A stretch of 52,819 nt of DNA from Prevotellaceae bacterium (GTDB lineage Bacteria; Bacteroidota; Bacteroidia; Bacteroidales; Bacteroidaceae): NCBI GenBank assembly GCA_022763905.1, contig JALERS010000129.1, positions 1-52,819 on the forward strand, given 5' to 3'. Below the pieces are notes generated by a model that was not told the DNA's origin, made no database searches, and worked only from the letters and a program-made list of their open reading frames with translations. Below, piece after piece: positions 26,008 to 35,877 of the stretch (its first letter is position 1; each line of letters begins with the position of its first letter). Both the position numbers and the translations under genes were made by a program.

Positions 26008-27699
26008 ATGTTTAGATTTGCCAATCCGGAATATCTGTATTTTCTCATCGCAGTGCCAATTGTGGTATTGCTTTTCTGCTGGTCACTCTATGCGCGCAGG
26101 AAAAAGCTTCGGACGATAGGTGATATAGAGTTATTGAAGGGGTTGATGCCCGATGTCAGTATTCGTTGGCGCATTTGGAAATTCATCTTTTTGACCATGG
26201 CCTTGTCTTGTCTCATTCTAGCCTTGGCTCGTCCCCAAATGGGTATGAACATTTCTACTCAAGAGCATACAGGAATAGAGGTGGCAGTGGCTTTGGATGT
26301 TTCCAATTCTATGCTGGCTACTGATGTATCTCCCAATCGTTTGGCAAAGGCGAAAGAACTGGTATCGAATATGGCAGATAAGATGACCGATGACAAGATT
26401 TCCCTTGTTGTTTTTGCAGGTCAGGCCTTCATTCAGTTGCCTATCACCAGTGATATTGTTTCTGCCCGCATGTTTTTGGATGCTATTTCCCCGTCTATGA
26501 TTTCTGCACAGGGTACCAATTTGGGAGAAGCATTGCGTTTGTCCATGGGTAGTTTTTCGGCCCAACGTAATGTGCAACGTGCTATTGTAGTAATTACCGA
26601 TGGTGAAGACCAAGCTGAAGATGCAGAGAAGATTGCTGCAGAGGCTGCTGGTAAGGGCATGCATGTATTTGTTCTCGGTATTGGCAGTGCCAAGGGTTCT
26701 ACAATTCCTGCTGCCAATGGTGACTATTTCCGCGACAGGGAAGGTAAAGTCGTAGTAACGAAACTCAATGAGGAGATGTGTCAGAAAATTGCTACATCCG
26801 GGAAAGGTACCTATATCCATGTAGACAATTCCAATATTGCTCAGGAGCGATTGAGTTATGAATTGAATAAGTTGCAGAAGAGCGCATTGGGATCGACTGT
26901 CTATTCGGATTATGCGGAGCAGTTCCAGTTGTTTATCCTAATGTCTCTGCTGTTTATGTTGATTGATGTGTTGTTGTTGGAGCGGAAAGGCCATTTCTTT
27001 AGCAGTTTGTTGCGACAGTTAAAGGGTAAGAAGGCCAATGTGATGGTTCTTCTCTTTTGCTGTGTAGTTACAGGCTATGCCCAGCGACAAGACCAGTTGT
27101 TGGTGCGTAAAGGAAACAAGGCATATGCCGAGAAGCGTTATGCGGAGGCGGAGACTTTTTACAGAAAGGCGTTAGAGCAGAATAGTCAGAATAGTAGGGC
27201 TCTTTACAATTTGGGAAATGCTTTACTCTTTCAACAAAAGCCCAAGGAGGCCATGACCGAATATGAGAAAGCTTCGCATTTGGAGAAGAATGTCAAAGTG
27301 AAGTCCTCTATCTATCATAATATGGGTGTCATCTTGCAGTCTCAAAAACAGTTTGGTCAGGCAGCAGAGTGCTATAAAGAGTCATTGCGCCATAATCCAC
27401 TCGATAACGGTACCCGTTACAATCTGGCTTTATGCCAACACCAAATGAAATACCAGCAGGACAAGGAGAAGGACCATGATGAGAAAGATGATGAGCAGAA
27501 GCAGAATAAAAAAGAGAATCAGCAATCTGACTCTCAACAGAATCAGCAGAAACAGAACCGGGGCCAGAAGAACGAGATGTCCAAAGATAATGCTGACCAG
27601 TTGTTGCGTGCTGCTCAGATGAAGGAGAATCAGACACAAGATAAAGTACGCAAATCCCAAATGCAAGCCAATCGCAAGCAGATGGAGAGAAACTGGTAG
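26008..27699 (+). CDS. batB: BatB (vWA) fused in frame to BatC (TPR plus a Q/K/E-rich tail)
   Basis: A single 563-aa ORF. Residues up to about 330 form a vWA protein (ALDVSNSM...VITDGEDQ) that ends in a TM helix. From ATG 27043 (residue 346) there is a signal-like MVLLFCCVVTGYAQ, TPR repeats (YAEAETFYRKALEQNSQNSRALYNLGNAL) and a low-complexity QQDKEKDHDEKDDEQKQNKKENQQ tail. Confidence 0.8.
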   Translation: MFRFANPEYLYFLIAVPIVVLLFCWSLYARRKKLRTIGDIELLKGLMPDVSIRWRIWKFIFLTMALSCLILALARPQMGMNISTQEHTGIEVAVALDVSNSMLATDVSPNRLAKAKELVSNMADKMTDDKISLVVFAGQAFIQLPITSDIVSARMFLDAISPSMISAQGTNLGEALRLSMGSFSAQRNVQRAIVVITDGEDQAEDAEKIAAEAAGKGMHVFVLGIGSAKGSTIPAANGDYFRDREGKVVVTKLNEEMCQKIATSGKGTYIHVDNSNIAQERLSYELNKLQKSALGSTVYSDYAEQFQLFILMSLLFMLIDVLLLERKGHFFSSLLRQLKGKKANVMVLLFCCVVTGYAQRQDQLLVRKGNKAYAEKRYAEAETFYRKALEQNSQNSRALYNLGNALLFQQKPKEAMTEYEKASHLEKNVKVKSSIYHNMGVILQSQKQFGQAAECYKESLRHNPLDNGTRYNLALCQHQMKYQQDKEKDHDEKDDEQKQNKKENQQSDSQQNQQKQNRGQKNEMSKDNADQLLRAAQMKENQTQDKVRKSQMQANRKQMERNW

Positions 27700-27708
27700 T
27701 CAAAAGAA

Positions 27709-29544
27709 ATGAGTATTCATATTTACAATCTAAGAGCTATGCATCGGATAATAAAGTCAGTGTTTCTGGTTCTATTGATGGCTTTGCTATGGCCGTTTTG
27801 TTCTTACGCCAATGTTGTGGTGAAGGCAGAGGCTCCCGAAGCAGTAGCTGTGGATGAGCAGTTTAGGATAGTATTTACGGTAAATAGTCAGTCGGTCAGT
27901 CATGTGTCTGCTCTTGCCGATGTTCCAGGATTTGAGGTGCTATATGGTCCGAGTAGGTCTCAGAATTACAGTGTACAGATTATCAACGGGAAGAAGTCGG
28001 AGAGCAGTACCACTACCTATACCTATGTCTTGATGGCAAAAAAGAAGGGTACTTTCACCATGCCACGTCTCACTGTAACAGTGGGAGGTAAGACATATAC
28101 ATCCAATGCTGTGAACGTACGTGTAGTCTCCAATGCTAATGGACAATCGTCTTCTGAGCCAGCTGCAGTGCGTCAAGTTTCATCAGGAACCATTAGTAAT
28201 AAAGATCTCTTTATTGCCGTTACGGCTAATAAGGATGAAGTTTATGAACAGGAACCGGTGTTGCTCACCTATCGTGTTTATACTAGAGTCAATCTGACAG
28301 AGCTTCATGGTAATATGCCCGATTTGAAGGGCTTTATGGTCAAGGAAGTTCAGCTTCCTCAGCAGAAATCCTTTTCCATTGGAACTTTCAAGAATGAGAA
28401 TTATTACACCACTATATGGAATCAGTACCTCATGTTTCCCCAACAGACGGGACGTTTACAAATACCTCCCATCAAGTTTGATGGTGTTGTAACTTTGAGC
28501 AATCCTGATTTGGACCTCTTGGATGCATTTTTTAATGGTACAGCTGGTCAAATCCGCAAGAAGAAGACCATCGTCGCCCCGTCTTTATCTATTAAGGTGA
28601 AGCCTCTGCCTGAGAAGCCCGCCAACTTTTCAGGAGGAGTGGGTAGTTTTACTATTCAGTCGAAAGTGGTCAATCCCCGTCTGAAACAGAATGAGACGCT
28701 CAATTTTCAGGTAATAATAAGTGGTGTGGGCAATGTAGATCTCATCAAAGCTCCTAAGGTGCAGTTTCCTGCTGATTTTGATGTCTATGAGCCCAAGATG
28801 AAGAACACTACCCAACTGGATGGTACTACCATGAACGGCCGTTTGGTCATAGATTATCCTGCAGTTCCTAAGAATAAGGGACATTATACTATTCCTCCAG
28901 TTGTATTGACGTATTTTGATACGGGTACCCGAAGTTACAAAACCCTCCAGACCCAACCCATAGAGATTGATGTGTTGAAGGGAGAGAAGAATGTCTATGC
29001 AGACAAGCAACGCGAATTATTGGCGAAAAGTGATATCCGTTACATTCATACAGGTGATGTGACTCTTCATCGCCAGGGCCATGTTTTTTGGAACACATAT
29101 GTATATTGGCTACTTTATCTTTTGGGGCTATTGCTGCCAGGATGTGTGCTATATCTGTTGACCCATCGTCAGTCATTACAATCCAATTGGCAAGGCAGAG
29201 GAAGTAATGTCCGCAAAGCTTCCCGTAGGTTGAAAAAAGCCCGTCAGTTGGCTACTCATGGAAAATTGGATGCTTTCTATGAAGAAATATTATCAACTTT
29301 GTATGGGTTTGTGGCAGAACGACTCGGGTTGCCTGTTTCTGAACTCAACAAAGACAATCTGATAGAGCAGATGAAGAGTCGGGGCGTAGAAGAACAACTA
29401 TGTCAGGATTTCATCCATCTGTTGGATGAGTGTGAGTTCATCCGCTATGCGGGAGGAACTGATATGGAAAAGAAAAAGGATGACATCTATCGGCAGGGGC
29501 TGGAGATGATCAGTTTGTTGGATTGTACAATCAAGAAAAAATGA
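27709..29544 (+). CDS. batD: BatD (oxygen-tolerance protein family)
   Basis: 611 aa at the operon position after batB/C, with a signal peptide, a long beta-rich ectodomain, a TM helix (YWLLYLLGLLLPGCVLYLL) and a helical C-terminus. Confidence 0.8.
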   Translation: MSIHIYNLRAMHRIIKSVFLVLLMALLWPFCSYANVVVKAEAPEAVAVDEQFRIVFTVNSQSVSHVSALADVPGFEVLYGPSRSQNYSVQIINGKKSESSTTTYTYVLMAKKKGTFTMPRLTVTVGGKTYTSNAVNVRVVSNANGQSSSEPAAVRQVSSGTISNKDLFIAVTANKDEVYEQEPVLLTYRVYTRVNLTELHGNMPDLKGFMVKEVQLPQQKSFSIGTFKNENYYTTIWNQYLMFPQQTGRLQIPPIKFDGVVTLSNPDLDLLDAFFNGTAGQIRKKKTIVAPSLSIKVKPLPEKPANFSGGVGSFTIQSKVVNPRLKQNETLNFQVIISGVGNVDLIKAPKVQFPADFDVYEPKMKNTTQLDGTTMNGRLVIDYPAVPKNKGHYTIPPVVLTYFDTGTRSYKTLQTQPIEIDVLKGEKNVYADKQRELLAKSDIRYIHTGDVTLHRQGHVFWNTYVYWLLYLLGLLLPGCVLYLLTHRQSLQSNWQGRGSNVRKASRRLKKARQLATHGKLDAFYEEILSTLYGFVAERLGLPVSELNKDNLIEQMKSRGVEEQLCQDFIHLLDECEFIRYAGGTDMEKKKDDIYRQGLEMISLLDCTIKKK

Positions 29545-30293
29545 TTAAGAAGAAATCTGTCCTTTTCGTTGTATTGTGGGGCATTTCACTTTCGCTCCTA
29601 TGGTCACAGTCCCCTAAGTGTGTAGCCGATAGTCTTTATCAGAAAGGTAAATATCCTGAGGCTGCCCAGGCCTATGAACATCTTCTGCAGGAGGGAGAAC
29701 ATGCTGACCTATACTATAATCTAGGCAATGCATATTATCGTATGAATGATATTGGACGTTGTATCCTTAATTATGAGCGGGCAGCGCTACGTGATCCCGG
29801 TAATTCTGATATTCAGTTCAATTTGGCTCTGGCTCGTACTAAGACCATTGATAAGATAGGTGATGACAGTTCCTTTTTTATTATTTATTGGGTGCACTGT
29901 TGGATGAATACGTTCAGTGCTGACGGATGGGCCTATCTGTCGCTGGTATGCTTCTTTCTGGCAGGCATAATGTTGGTAGTGTTGCGTTTCTTGTCATCGT
30001 CTTTGTTGGGTGGTATCTTCCGTTACGTGTGTGTAGTATTGGTGATATGCGTTCTGTTGTTCAATGTTTTTGCTTGGGTGCAACGCAATCATTTATGGGA
30101 TAAAACGGGAGCCGTTATCCTGAAGACTACACCAGTGAAGAGTACTCCAGACAATTCCGGAACCACTCTGTTCACGCTTCACCCAGGTGTCAAGGTCAAG
30201 GTTACGGATAGTAGTATGAAGCAATGGAGAGAAATTACGCTCCCTGATGGAAAAAAAGGTTGGGTAGAACAGTCGGTGTTTGAATTGATTTGA
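29541..30293 (+). CDS. batE: BatE-like TPR plus SH3-like domain membrane protein
   Basis: It has TPR motifs (AAQAYEHLLQEGEHADLYYNLGNAYYRMND), TM helices and a C-terminal SH3-like segment (GVKVKVTDSSMKQWREITLPDGKKGWVEQSVFELI). The ATG at 29541 overlaps the batD stop (ATGA); the track start at 29523 is TTG. Confidence 0.7.
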   Translation: MIKKKSVLFVVLWGISLSLLWSQSPKCVADSLYQKGKYPEAAQAYEHLLQEGEHADLYYNLGNAYYRMNDIGRCILNYERAALRDPGNSDIQFNLALARTKTIDKIGDDSSFFIIYWVHCWMNTFSADGWAYLSLVCFFLAGIMLVVLRFLSSSLLGGIFRYVCVVLVICVLLFNVFAWVQRNHLWDKTGAVILKTTPVKSTPDNSGTTLFTLHPGVKVKVTDSSMKQWREITLPDGKKGWVEQSVFELI

Positions 30294-30299
30294 CAATTA

Positions 30300-30983
30300 A
30301 TGGGCTATCTATCTGTTTTGTTGGAGCAGTGTCTGCAGTGGGACAAGCAGGCTACCCTGTTTATCAATGGCAGTGACAACGTCTTTTGGGATGAGGTGAT
30401 ATATGTGGCCACATCTACAGGAATATGGATACCGATGGGATGCGTGATGTTGTGGGTGCTTGGAAAGAATCTGTCACTTCGACAATTTGGATTTGCTGTG
30501 TTGTTTCTATCATTGGCAGTTCTCGTATCTGACCAGTTGTCATCTGCGGTTTTTAAGCCCTATTTCCAGCGTTGGCGTCCTACGCAAGACCCTCTCATTA
30601 TGCATGTGGTAGATGTTGTTCATGCTTACAGAGGTGGTAGCTATGGATTCTTTTCTGCTCATGCTTCCAATACATTTTCTGTTGCTGTATTTCTTTCCTT
30701 GCTTTTCCGTCGTCGCCTACTGGGCTTATTGGTCGTCAGTTGGGCTGTTATCAATAGTTATACACGTATTTATTTAGGTGTCCATTATTTGGGAGATGTG
30801 TTGGTGGGCACATTGTTCGGTCTGCTCATAGGTAGCAGTATGTATGGGTTGTATCGTAAATATATTTTACAGGGTGGAGTCATGCAGTGGAAGAGTAGTC
30901 TATATCCCCATACAATGGCCATTGCCATACTCTTCAGTTATTGTATGGTCTTTATTGTAGCTTTGCTGACTATGGGGGCATAA
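30300..30983 (+). CDS. PAP2-family phosphatase (undecaprenyl-diphosphatase-like membrane protein)
   Basis: 227 aa with the PAP2 motifs KPYFQRWRP, FFSAHASN and RIYLGVHYLGDVLVG. Confidence 0.8.
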   Translation: MGYLSVLLEQCLQWDKQATLFINGSDNVFWDEVIYVATSTGIWIPMGCVMLWVLGKNLSLRQFGFAVLFLSLAVLVSDQLSSAVFKPYFQRWRPTQDPLIMHVVDVVHAYRGGSYGFFSAHASNTFSVAVFLSLLFRRRLLGLLVVSWAVINSYTRIYLGVHYLGDVLVGTLFGLLIGSSMYGLYRKYILQGGVMQWKSSLYPHTMAIAILFSYCMVFIVALLTMGA

Positions 30984-31085
30984 AGAGCTTCATGATAAGA
31001 TGTGGGGTCAGTAGGTTTCCAAGGTTTAAGGGAATTGTCCTTTAACAGATTTTCTGACTTCTTTGTTGGAGGTCCTTTCGAAAAA

Positions 31086-31121
31086 CGGGAATCCCGAAGT
31101 CTGATTTTACAGGTCTTCGGG
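31086..31121 (-). terminator. candidate terminator for the pseudouridine synthase gene
   Basis: A 7-bp GC-rich stem, CCCGAAG (31093-31099) pairing with CTTCGGG (31115-31121). On the minus strand a TTTTT run follows 7 nt after the stem. Confidence 0.4.
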
Positions 31122-31193
31122 TAGGAATTGATACTCTTGCTTTTAGCGGACAGCAATAATTGGAAACGGAGTGTCGGCTCTTAGCAGAAAGAA

Positions 31194-32078
31194 TTATTCA
31201 TTACGTTTGTCTTTCTTCTTCCTATTTCCCAATAGTTTTGTAAAGGAGGCAGGCAGAGGGGTTTCATATTGCATCATCTTGCGGGTGACAGGGTGGATGA
31301 AAGCCAACTTATAGGCATGAAGGCCGAGCCGTCTAATAGGGTCATTGTCTTTTCCGTCTCCGTAGCGGCTGTCACCTACTATAGGACAACCTATAGATTG
31401 CATGTGCACTCGTATTTGGTTTTTTCTGCCTGTTTCCAATTTGACGTCCAGGAGACTGTAGTTTCCATGGGTAGTCAGTAGGTGGTAATGGGTTACAGCA
31501 TGCTTACCACCATTGTCAACGGGACTACTATGTACATGATAGTATCTGTCTTCAGTGAGCCAACTTTCAACAGTGCCGTCAGTTTGTTCTGGAATGCCTT
31601 TGCAGAGAGCATAATACCGACGGTCTTGGATGACACCTTTCCAGTTGTTTGTGAACATTTCTTGAATTTCTCTACTCTTGGCAAAGAGCATCAGACCCGA
31701 TGTTGTTTTGTCCAACCGATGAATGACGTGGGCTGTGCATTTCTCGCCTTTGCGGTGGAGATACTCGTCGAATAGGGTTTTGAGACAGAACCCATGATGA
31801 CCGGACGGTACGCTCAATACTCCCGGCTTCTTTTCTGCAACAATAAGCCAACGGTCTTCGTAGACCACATTGGCAAATTTCTCCATGTTATGATGGGCTC
31901 GTGAAAAAGAGGGGCTGATACCTCTAATCAGTTCTACCCGGTCAGTAGGTGAGATAGGATGGTCATAGCGAGTACATTTCACACCATTGATATTGACGGC
32001 TCCTTTAGCCATCAGATGCTTGATTTTGTTACGGCTCAGGTCTTTGTATTTCTCCAGCAAGTATTCCAGCAGTATCAT
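31194..32078 (-). CDS. RluA-family pseudouridine synthase with an N-terminal S4-like domain
   Basis: 294 aa with the catalytic motif HRLDKTTSGLMLFAK and KNQIRVHM. Confidence 0.85.
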   Translation of the reverse strand: MILLEYLLEKYKDLSRNKIKHLMAKGAVNINGVKCTRYDHPISPTDRVELIRGISPSFSRAHHNMEKFANVVYEDRWLIVAEKKPGVLSVPSGHHGFCLKTLFDEYLHRKGEKCTAHVIHRLDKTTSGLMLFAKSREIQEMFTNNWKGVIQDRRYYALCKGIPEQTDGTVESWLTEDRYYHVHSSPVDNGGKHAVTHYHLLTTHGNYSLLDVKLETGRKNQIRVHMQSIGCPIVGDSRYGDGKDNDPIRRLGLHAYKLAFIHPVTRKMMQYETPLPASFTKLLGNRKKKDKRNE

Positions 32079-32128
32079 GGGTTAGTTGGGGTAAGAGAGC
32101 GTGTGTTTTTTGAGGATTGGACGTTTGC

Positions 32129-32905
32129 TTAGTCAAACACCTTTTTTCTGTAGATGAAGTTATTTCCCAGGTATTTTTCCTTTACGATGGGATTGGCTGC
32201 CAATTCCTCGGGAGCACCTTTGAATAAAATTCTACCTTCAAACAGCAGATAGGCTCTGTCTACAATGCCAAGTGTTTCAGAAACATTATGATCGGTGATG
32301 AGAATGCCGATCCCCATGTTCTTGAGTTTTACTACTACCTTTTGGATGTCCTGTACGGCGATAGGGTCTACACCGGCAAAAGGTTCATCCAGCATGATAA
32401 ATTTAGGTTCGATGGCAAGGCAACGGGCTATTTCTGTACGGCGTCTTTCTCCACCCGACAATCTGTCGCCCAGATTCTTCCTTACTGTCTGAAGACCGAA
32501 TTCATTGATTAATTCTTCCAGTTTCTGTTTCTGGTAATCCTTCGGTTTGCCTGTCATTTCCAGAATAGAACGGATATTGTCTTCCACACTCATCTTGCGG
32601 AATACAGAAGCCTCTTGGGCCAGATAGGCAATACCTGCCCATGCTCGTTTATAGACAGGATATTTTGTGATATCCATGTCGTCGATAAAAATACGTCCAC
32701 CATCTGCCTGTATGAGGCCAGTAGTCATATAAAAAGATGTGGTTTTTCCAGCACCATTGGGTCCTAGCAGACCAACTATCTCTCCTTGTCGTACACTGAA
32801 ACTTACATCATTGACAACGGTACGTTTTCCGTAACGCTTAACAAGATGCTCAGGTCTCAACAATGAGGGTTGAGCATTCTGGACAGGCTTCGAAGATTCT
32901 TCCAT
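32129..32905 (-). CDS. lptB: LPS export ABC transporter ATP-binding protein LptB
   Basis: Walker [10 protein letters not shown], the signature LSGGERRR and Walker B FIMLDEP. The start is moved to MEESSKP (ATG 32905); the track start is 32950. Confidence 0.9.
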   Translation of the reverse strand: MEESSKPVQNAQPSLLRPEHLVKRYGKRTVVNDVSFSVRQGEIVGLLGPNGAGKTTSFYMTTGLIQADGGRIFIDDMDITKYPVYKRAWAGIAYLAQEASVFRKMSVEDNIRSILEMTGKPKDYQKQKLEELINEFGLQTVRKNLGDRLSGGERRRTEIARCLAIEPKFIMLDEPFAGVDPIAVQDIQKVVVKLKNMGIGILITDHNVSETLGIVDRAYLLFEGRILFKGAPEELAANPIVKEKYLGNNFIYRKKVFD

Positions 32906-32990
32906 GAGAAGTATGGGATTAGAATGGATTATGTCTGCAAAGTTACACAAATGTCAGGGCAAATGTAGGATGTCAAGAAGCATATTCTTG

Positions 32991-33764
32991 CTAGGGGTTT
33001 TCTCCTTCTCTCCATACCATTTGAGCTGATGCTTGATGGGTGGCTAGGATTTCCATTTCGGATATTTGCACGTGGGCAGGTGCGTCAGCTGCGAAATAAG
33101 CACTTTCTGCAATATCCTTGCCTGTTAATGGTTGGATATGACGGTACACATGAGCTGCCTTTTGTTCGTTGCCATAATATCTGACTATGGAGAAGCGTGT
33201 TTCGACCAATCCGGGTTTTAGAAGAGTGACTCTGATAGGTGTATGATAGAGGTCCATTCGTAGTCCGTCGCTTAAAGCCTTGACAGCAGCCTTGGTAGCA
33301 CAATAGACACTGCCTCCAGGATAGGCTTTCTCTCCGGCAATAGAACCAATGTTGATGATATGGCCACAATTCCTTTCTATCATGCCTGGTACAATGAGAC
33401 GTGTCATGTGCAATAGGGCTGTAATGTTGGTATCAATCATTGTGGTGTAATCGTCCATATTGCCCTCATACTCCTTGTCAACGCCTAATGCGAGTCCTGC
33501 ATTGTTGATGAGCACATCAATGTTTTGGAATGGAGCAGGTAGGCTATTGATGGCCTGAGTAGCGGCTTCATGGTCTCTTACATCAAATATCGCCAGATGG
33601 ATGCTAGTTGAATAGGAAGTTTCCAGTTCATGCTTGAGACTTTCCAGTAGTATTCTGTTTCTTCCGTTGAGTATCAGAATGTTGCCTTCTGAAGCAAATT
33701 TGCGTGCACAAGCTTCTCCGATGCCTGAAGAAGCTCCCGTAATGAAGATGGTCTTATTTTTCAT
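32991..33764 (-). CDS. SDR-family NAD(P)-dependent oxidoreductase (YdfG-like)
   Basis: TGASSGIG, NNAG and the YxxxK motif (YCATKAAV). The start is taken at MKNKTIFITG (ATG 33764). Confidence 0.85.
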   Translation of the reverse strand: MKNKTIFITGASSGIGEACARKFASEGNILILNGRNRILLESLKHELETSYSTSIHLAIFDVRDHEAATQAINSLPAPFQNIDVLINNAGLALGVDKEYEGNMDDYTTMIDTNITALLHMTRLIVPGMIERNCGHIINIGSIAGEKAYPGGSVYCATKAAVKALSDGLRMDLYHTPIRVTLLKPGLVETRFSIVRYYGNEQKAAHVYRHIQPLTGKDIAESAYFAADAPAHVQISEMEILATHQASAQMVWREGENP

Positions 33765-33788
33765 GGCATTACTTGATGGGTTGGAATG

Positions 33789-33796
33789 CAAAAATA
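33789..33796 (-). promoter_or_regulatory. -7 box TATTTTTG (minus strand) upstream of the SDR gene
   Basis: The plus-strand CAAAAATA lies 25 nt upstream of the ATG at 33764. Confidence 0.45.
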
Positions 33797-33916
33797 CAAA
33801 AATCTGATGAAACTGTCGAGTTGCTTCATCGGCATGATAGGGAGATGTGGTATTGGCAGGATGTTATGTGGAGGATTTTGGCTGTAGCATATGGTGTAGA
33901 AGTGGAATTATTGTTA

Positions 33917-33924
33917 TAAATTTG
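33917..33924 (+). promoter_or_regulatory. -7 box TAAATTTG upstream of rsmG
   Basis: TAnnTTTG match 71 nt upstream of the ATG at 33995. Confidence 0.4.
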
Positions 33925-33994
33925 TACTTGATAAATTCGGATATCGATTGACGGATTAGGACAGATAATTGACATTGGCTTTTTTCGGGCGAAG

Positions 33995-34666
33995 ATGGAT
34001 GAACAGATAATTTTGAAATATTTCACTGGCTTGTCTCCTGTGCAGAAGAGGCAATTGGGACAGATGGGATATATATATACTGAATGGAACAGCAAGATTA
34101 ATGTAGTGTCCCGTAAAGATATGGATAATCTCTATGAGCATCATGTACTTCACTCGCTAGCTATTGCGCGTTTTTTGACATTCAGACCAGGGACAAGTAT
34201 ATTGGATGTGGGAACAGGAGGAGGTTTCCCCGGTATACCGCTTGCTGTATTGTTTCCGCAGTGTCAGTTTGTGCTGATTGACAGCATTGGAAAGAAAGTA
34301 AAAGTTGCGGAAGCTGTAGCTGAATCCTTGGGTTTGGAAAATGTGGAAACAATCCACTGCAATGCCAAAGAGGAAAGGCGGAAGTTTGATTTTGTAGTTA
34401 GTAGGGCCGTTATGCAGGCCAATGGATTGGTGGACCTGGTACGAAAAAATATTCTGCAGGATTCAAGTCATGATATTCCCAATGGCATTATTTGTCTCAA
34501 GGGCGGGGATCTGGATGATGAAGCTTCACAGGCTATGGCCCGACTAGGTACGAAGCGTCCTGACTATCCCTATTTGATAGAACCTATCTCCCAGTGGTTT
34601 ACAGAACCCTTTTTTGAAACCAAGCAGGTTTTATACATACCTGTGGGAAAAGCTAAAAAACGATAG
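33995..34666 (+). CDS. rsmG: 16S rRNA (guanine527-N7)-methyltransferase RsmG
   Basis: 223 aa with the SAM motif ILDVGTGGGFPGIPLA and overall GidB-like sequence. Confidence 0.9.
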   Translation: MDEQIILKYFTGLSPVQKRQLGQMGYIYTEWNSKINVVSRKDMDNLYEHHVLHSLAIARFLTFRPGTSILDVGTGGGFPGIPLAVLFPQCQFVLIDSIGKKVKVAEAVAESLGLENVETIHCNAKEERRKFDFVVSRAVMQANGLVDLVRKNILQDSSHDIPNGIICLKGGDLDDEASQAMARLGTKRPDYPYLIEPISQWFTEPFFETKQVLYIPVGKAKKR

Positions 34667-34668
34667 TT

Positions 34669-35322
34669 ATGATGAAAGGAAAACTCAAGATAGAATCTTT
34701 TGTGGTCAATCCTGTCCAGGCTCATTGTTTTGTGGTCAGTGATGACAGTGGAGAGGCTGTCATCATTGACAATGGCTGTTGTTATACTGAAGAGTATAAG
34801 GCTCTGGAGCGTTATGTACAGACTGAATCCCTGCACGTCATAGAACAGTGGTTGACACATGCCCATTTTGACCATATGCTGGGAGTAGGAGAAGCCTACC
34901 AGCGTTATGGTGCAGGAGTGCGTTTTCATCAACCTGATTCATATCTGTATAAAGATCCTGGAGGACAGATGCGAATGCTGTTTGGCAGTGAATTTCCTTG
35001 CCGGCCAGCTCCAGTCATAGGAGGTTTTTCTGAAGAGGAGAAACTTGTTTTGGGCCATCATAGTTTTCGGGTTATTTTTACTCCTGGCCACACTCCTGGT
35101 GGAGTTTGTTTCTATTGTGAAGAGGAGAAGATATTATTCAGTGGAGACAGCTTGTTTGCTAACAGTATAGGCCGCACTGATTTACCGGGAGGTGATTTTC
35201 AGTTATTATCCCAGTCTTTAAGAGAGAAGTTGATGGTCTTGCCTGAAGATGTGATTGTTTTTCCTGGCCATGGTCCTTATACATCCATTGGAAAGGAGAA
35301 GGAAAGCAATCCGTATCTATAG
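34669..35322 (+). CDS. MBL-fold metallo-hydrolase (glyoxalase II-like)
   Basis: 217 aa with THAHFDH, TPGHTPGG, and GDSLF...GRTD. Confidence 0.8.
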   Translation: MMKGKLKIESFVVNPVQAHCFVVSDDSGEAVIIDNGCCYTEEYKALERYVQTESLHVIEQWLTHAHFDHMLGVGEAYQRYGAGVRFHQPDSYLYKDPGGQMRMLFGSEFPCRPAPVIGGFSEEEKLVLGHHSFRVIFTPGHTPGGVCFYCEEEKILFSGDSLFANSIGRTDLPGGDFQLLSQSLREKLMVLPEDVIVFPGHGPYTSIGKEKESNPYL

Positions 35323-35379
35323 GAGGGATATCTTGTATAAGAGAAGTAGGAAATACCGTATAAATTAGAAAAAATAAAT

Positions 35380-35793
35380 ATGAAAACTTGTTTTGCGATG
35401 GTTGTGCTATGTGCCGGGCTGCTACTCACAGGATGTAAGGAACAGAAGTCTTTTGACTCAATGTGTCAGAAGGAAGCTCGGGACCAGACCCTCAAGATGT
35501 GTCCTCGTAAGGTGGCACAAGGTATTACAATTGATAGTATGACCTACCATACAGATGGAAAGGTATTTACTTACTGGCATACCATGGACGATTCTCTCTA
35601 TCAAGTGGATCGTATCAGCAAGGCAGAAGGACAGCTACGGAAGGCGATATGCAGGGAAATAACCAATTCTTTGGAACTCAAGCAGTATAAAGAGCATCAA
35701 GTCTCGTTTAGCTATGTCTATAGAGGCCAATCTTCGGGAAAAATTATTATGCAGTTCCTGTTTACTCCCAAAGACTATCAAGTGGCGCAATAG
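35380..35793 (+). CDS. hypothetical lipoprotein
   Basis: 137 aa with the lipobox LLLTGC. I recognise no family. Confidence 0.5.
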   Translation: MKTCFAMVVLCAGLLLTGCKEQKSFDSMCQKEARDQTLKMCPRKVAQGITIDSMTYHTDGKVFTYWHTMDDSLYQVDRISKAEGQLRKAICREITNSLELKQYKEHQVSFSYVYRGQSSGKIIMQFLFTPKDYQVAQ

Positions 35794-35877
35794 ACATAGT
35801 CCATTATTCAAAGAGGTCAAAGTGTTCCTGTTGCTCCCTATGAGATGATTTCCTTTTGGGGACAATATATTTTTGTT

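Noticed and set aside
27430-27703. ORFs antisense to the batC tail, and possible nucleotide repeats in the Q/K/E-rich segment
   Set aside because: The low-complexity CAG/AAG/GAA-rich coding sequence naturally yields open antisense frames rich in L/F/S. I see no exact tandem DNA repeat, only compositional bias.
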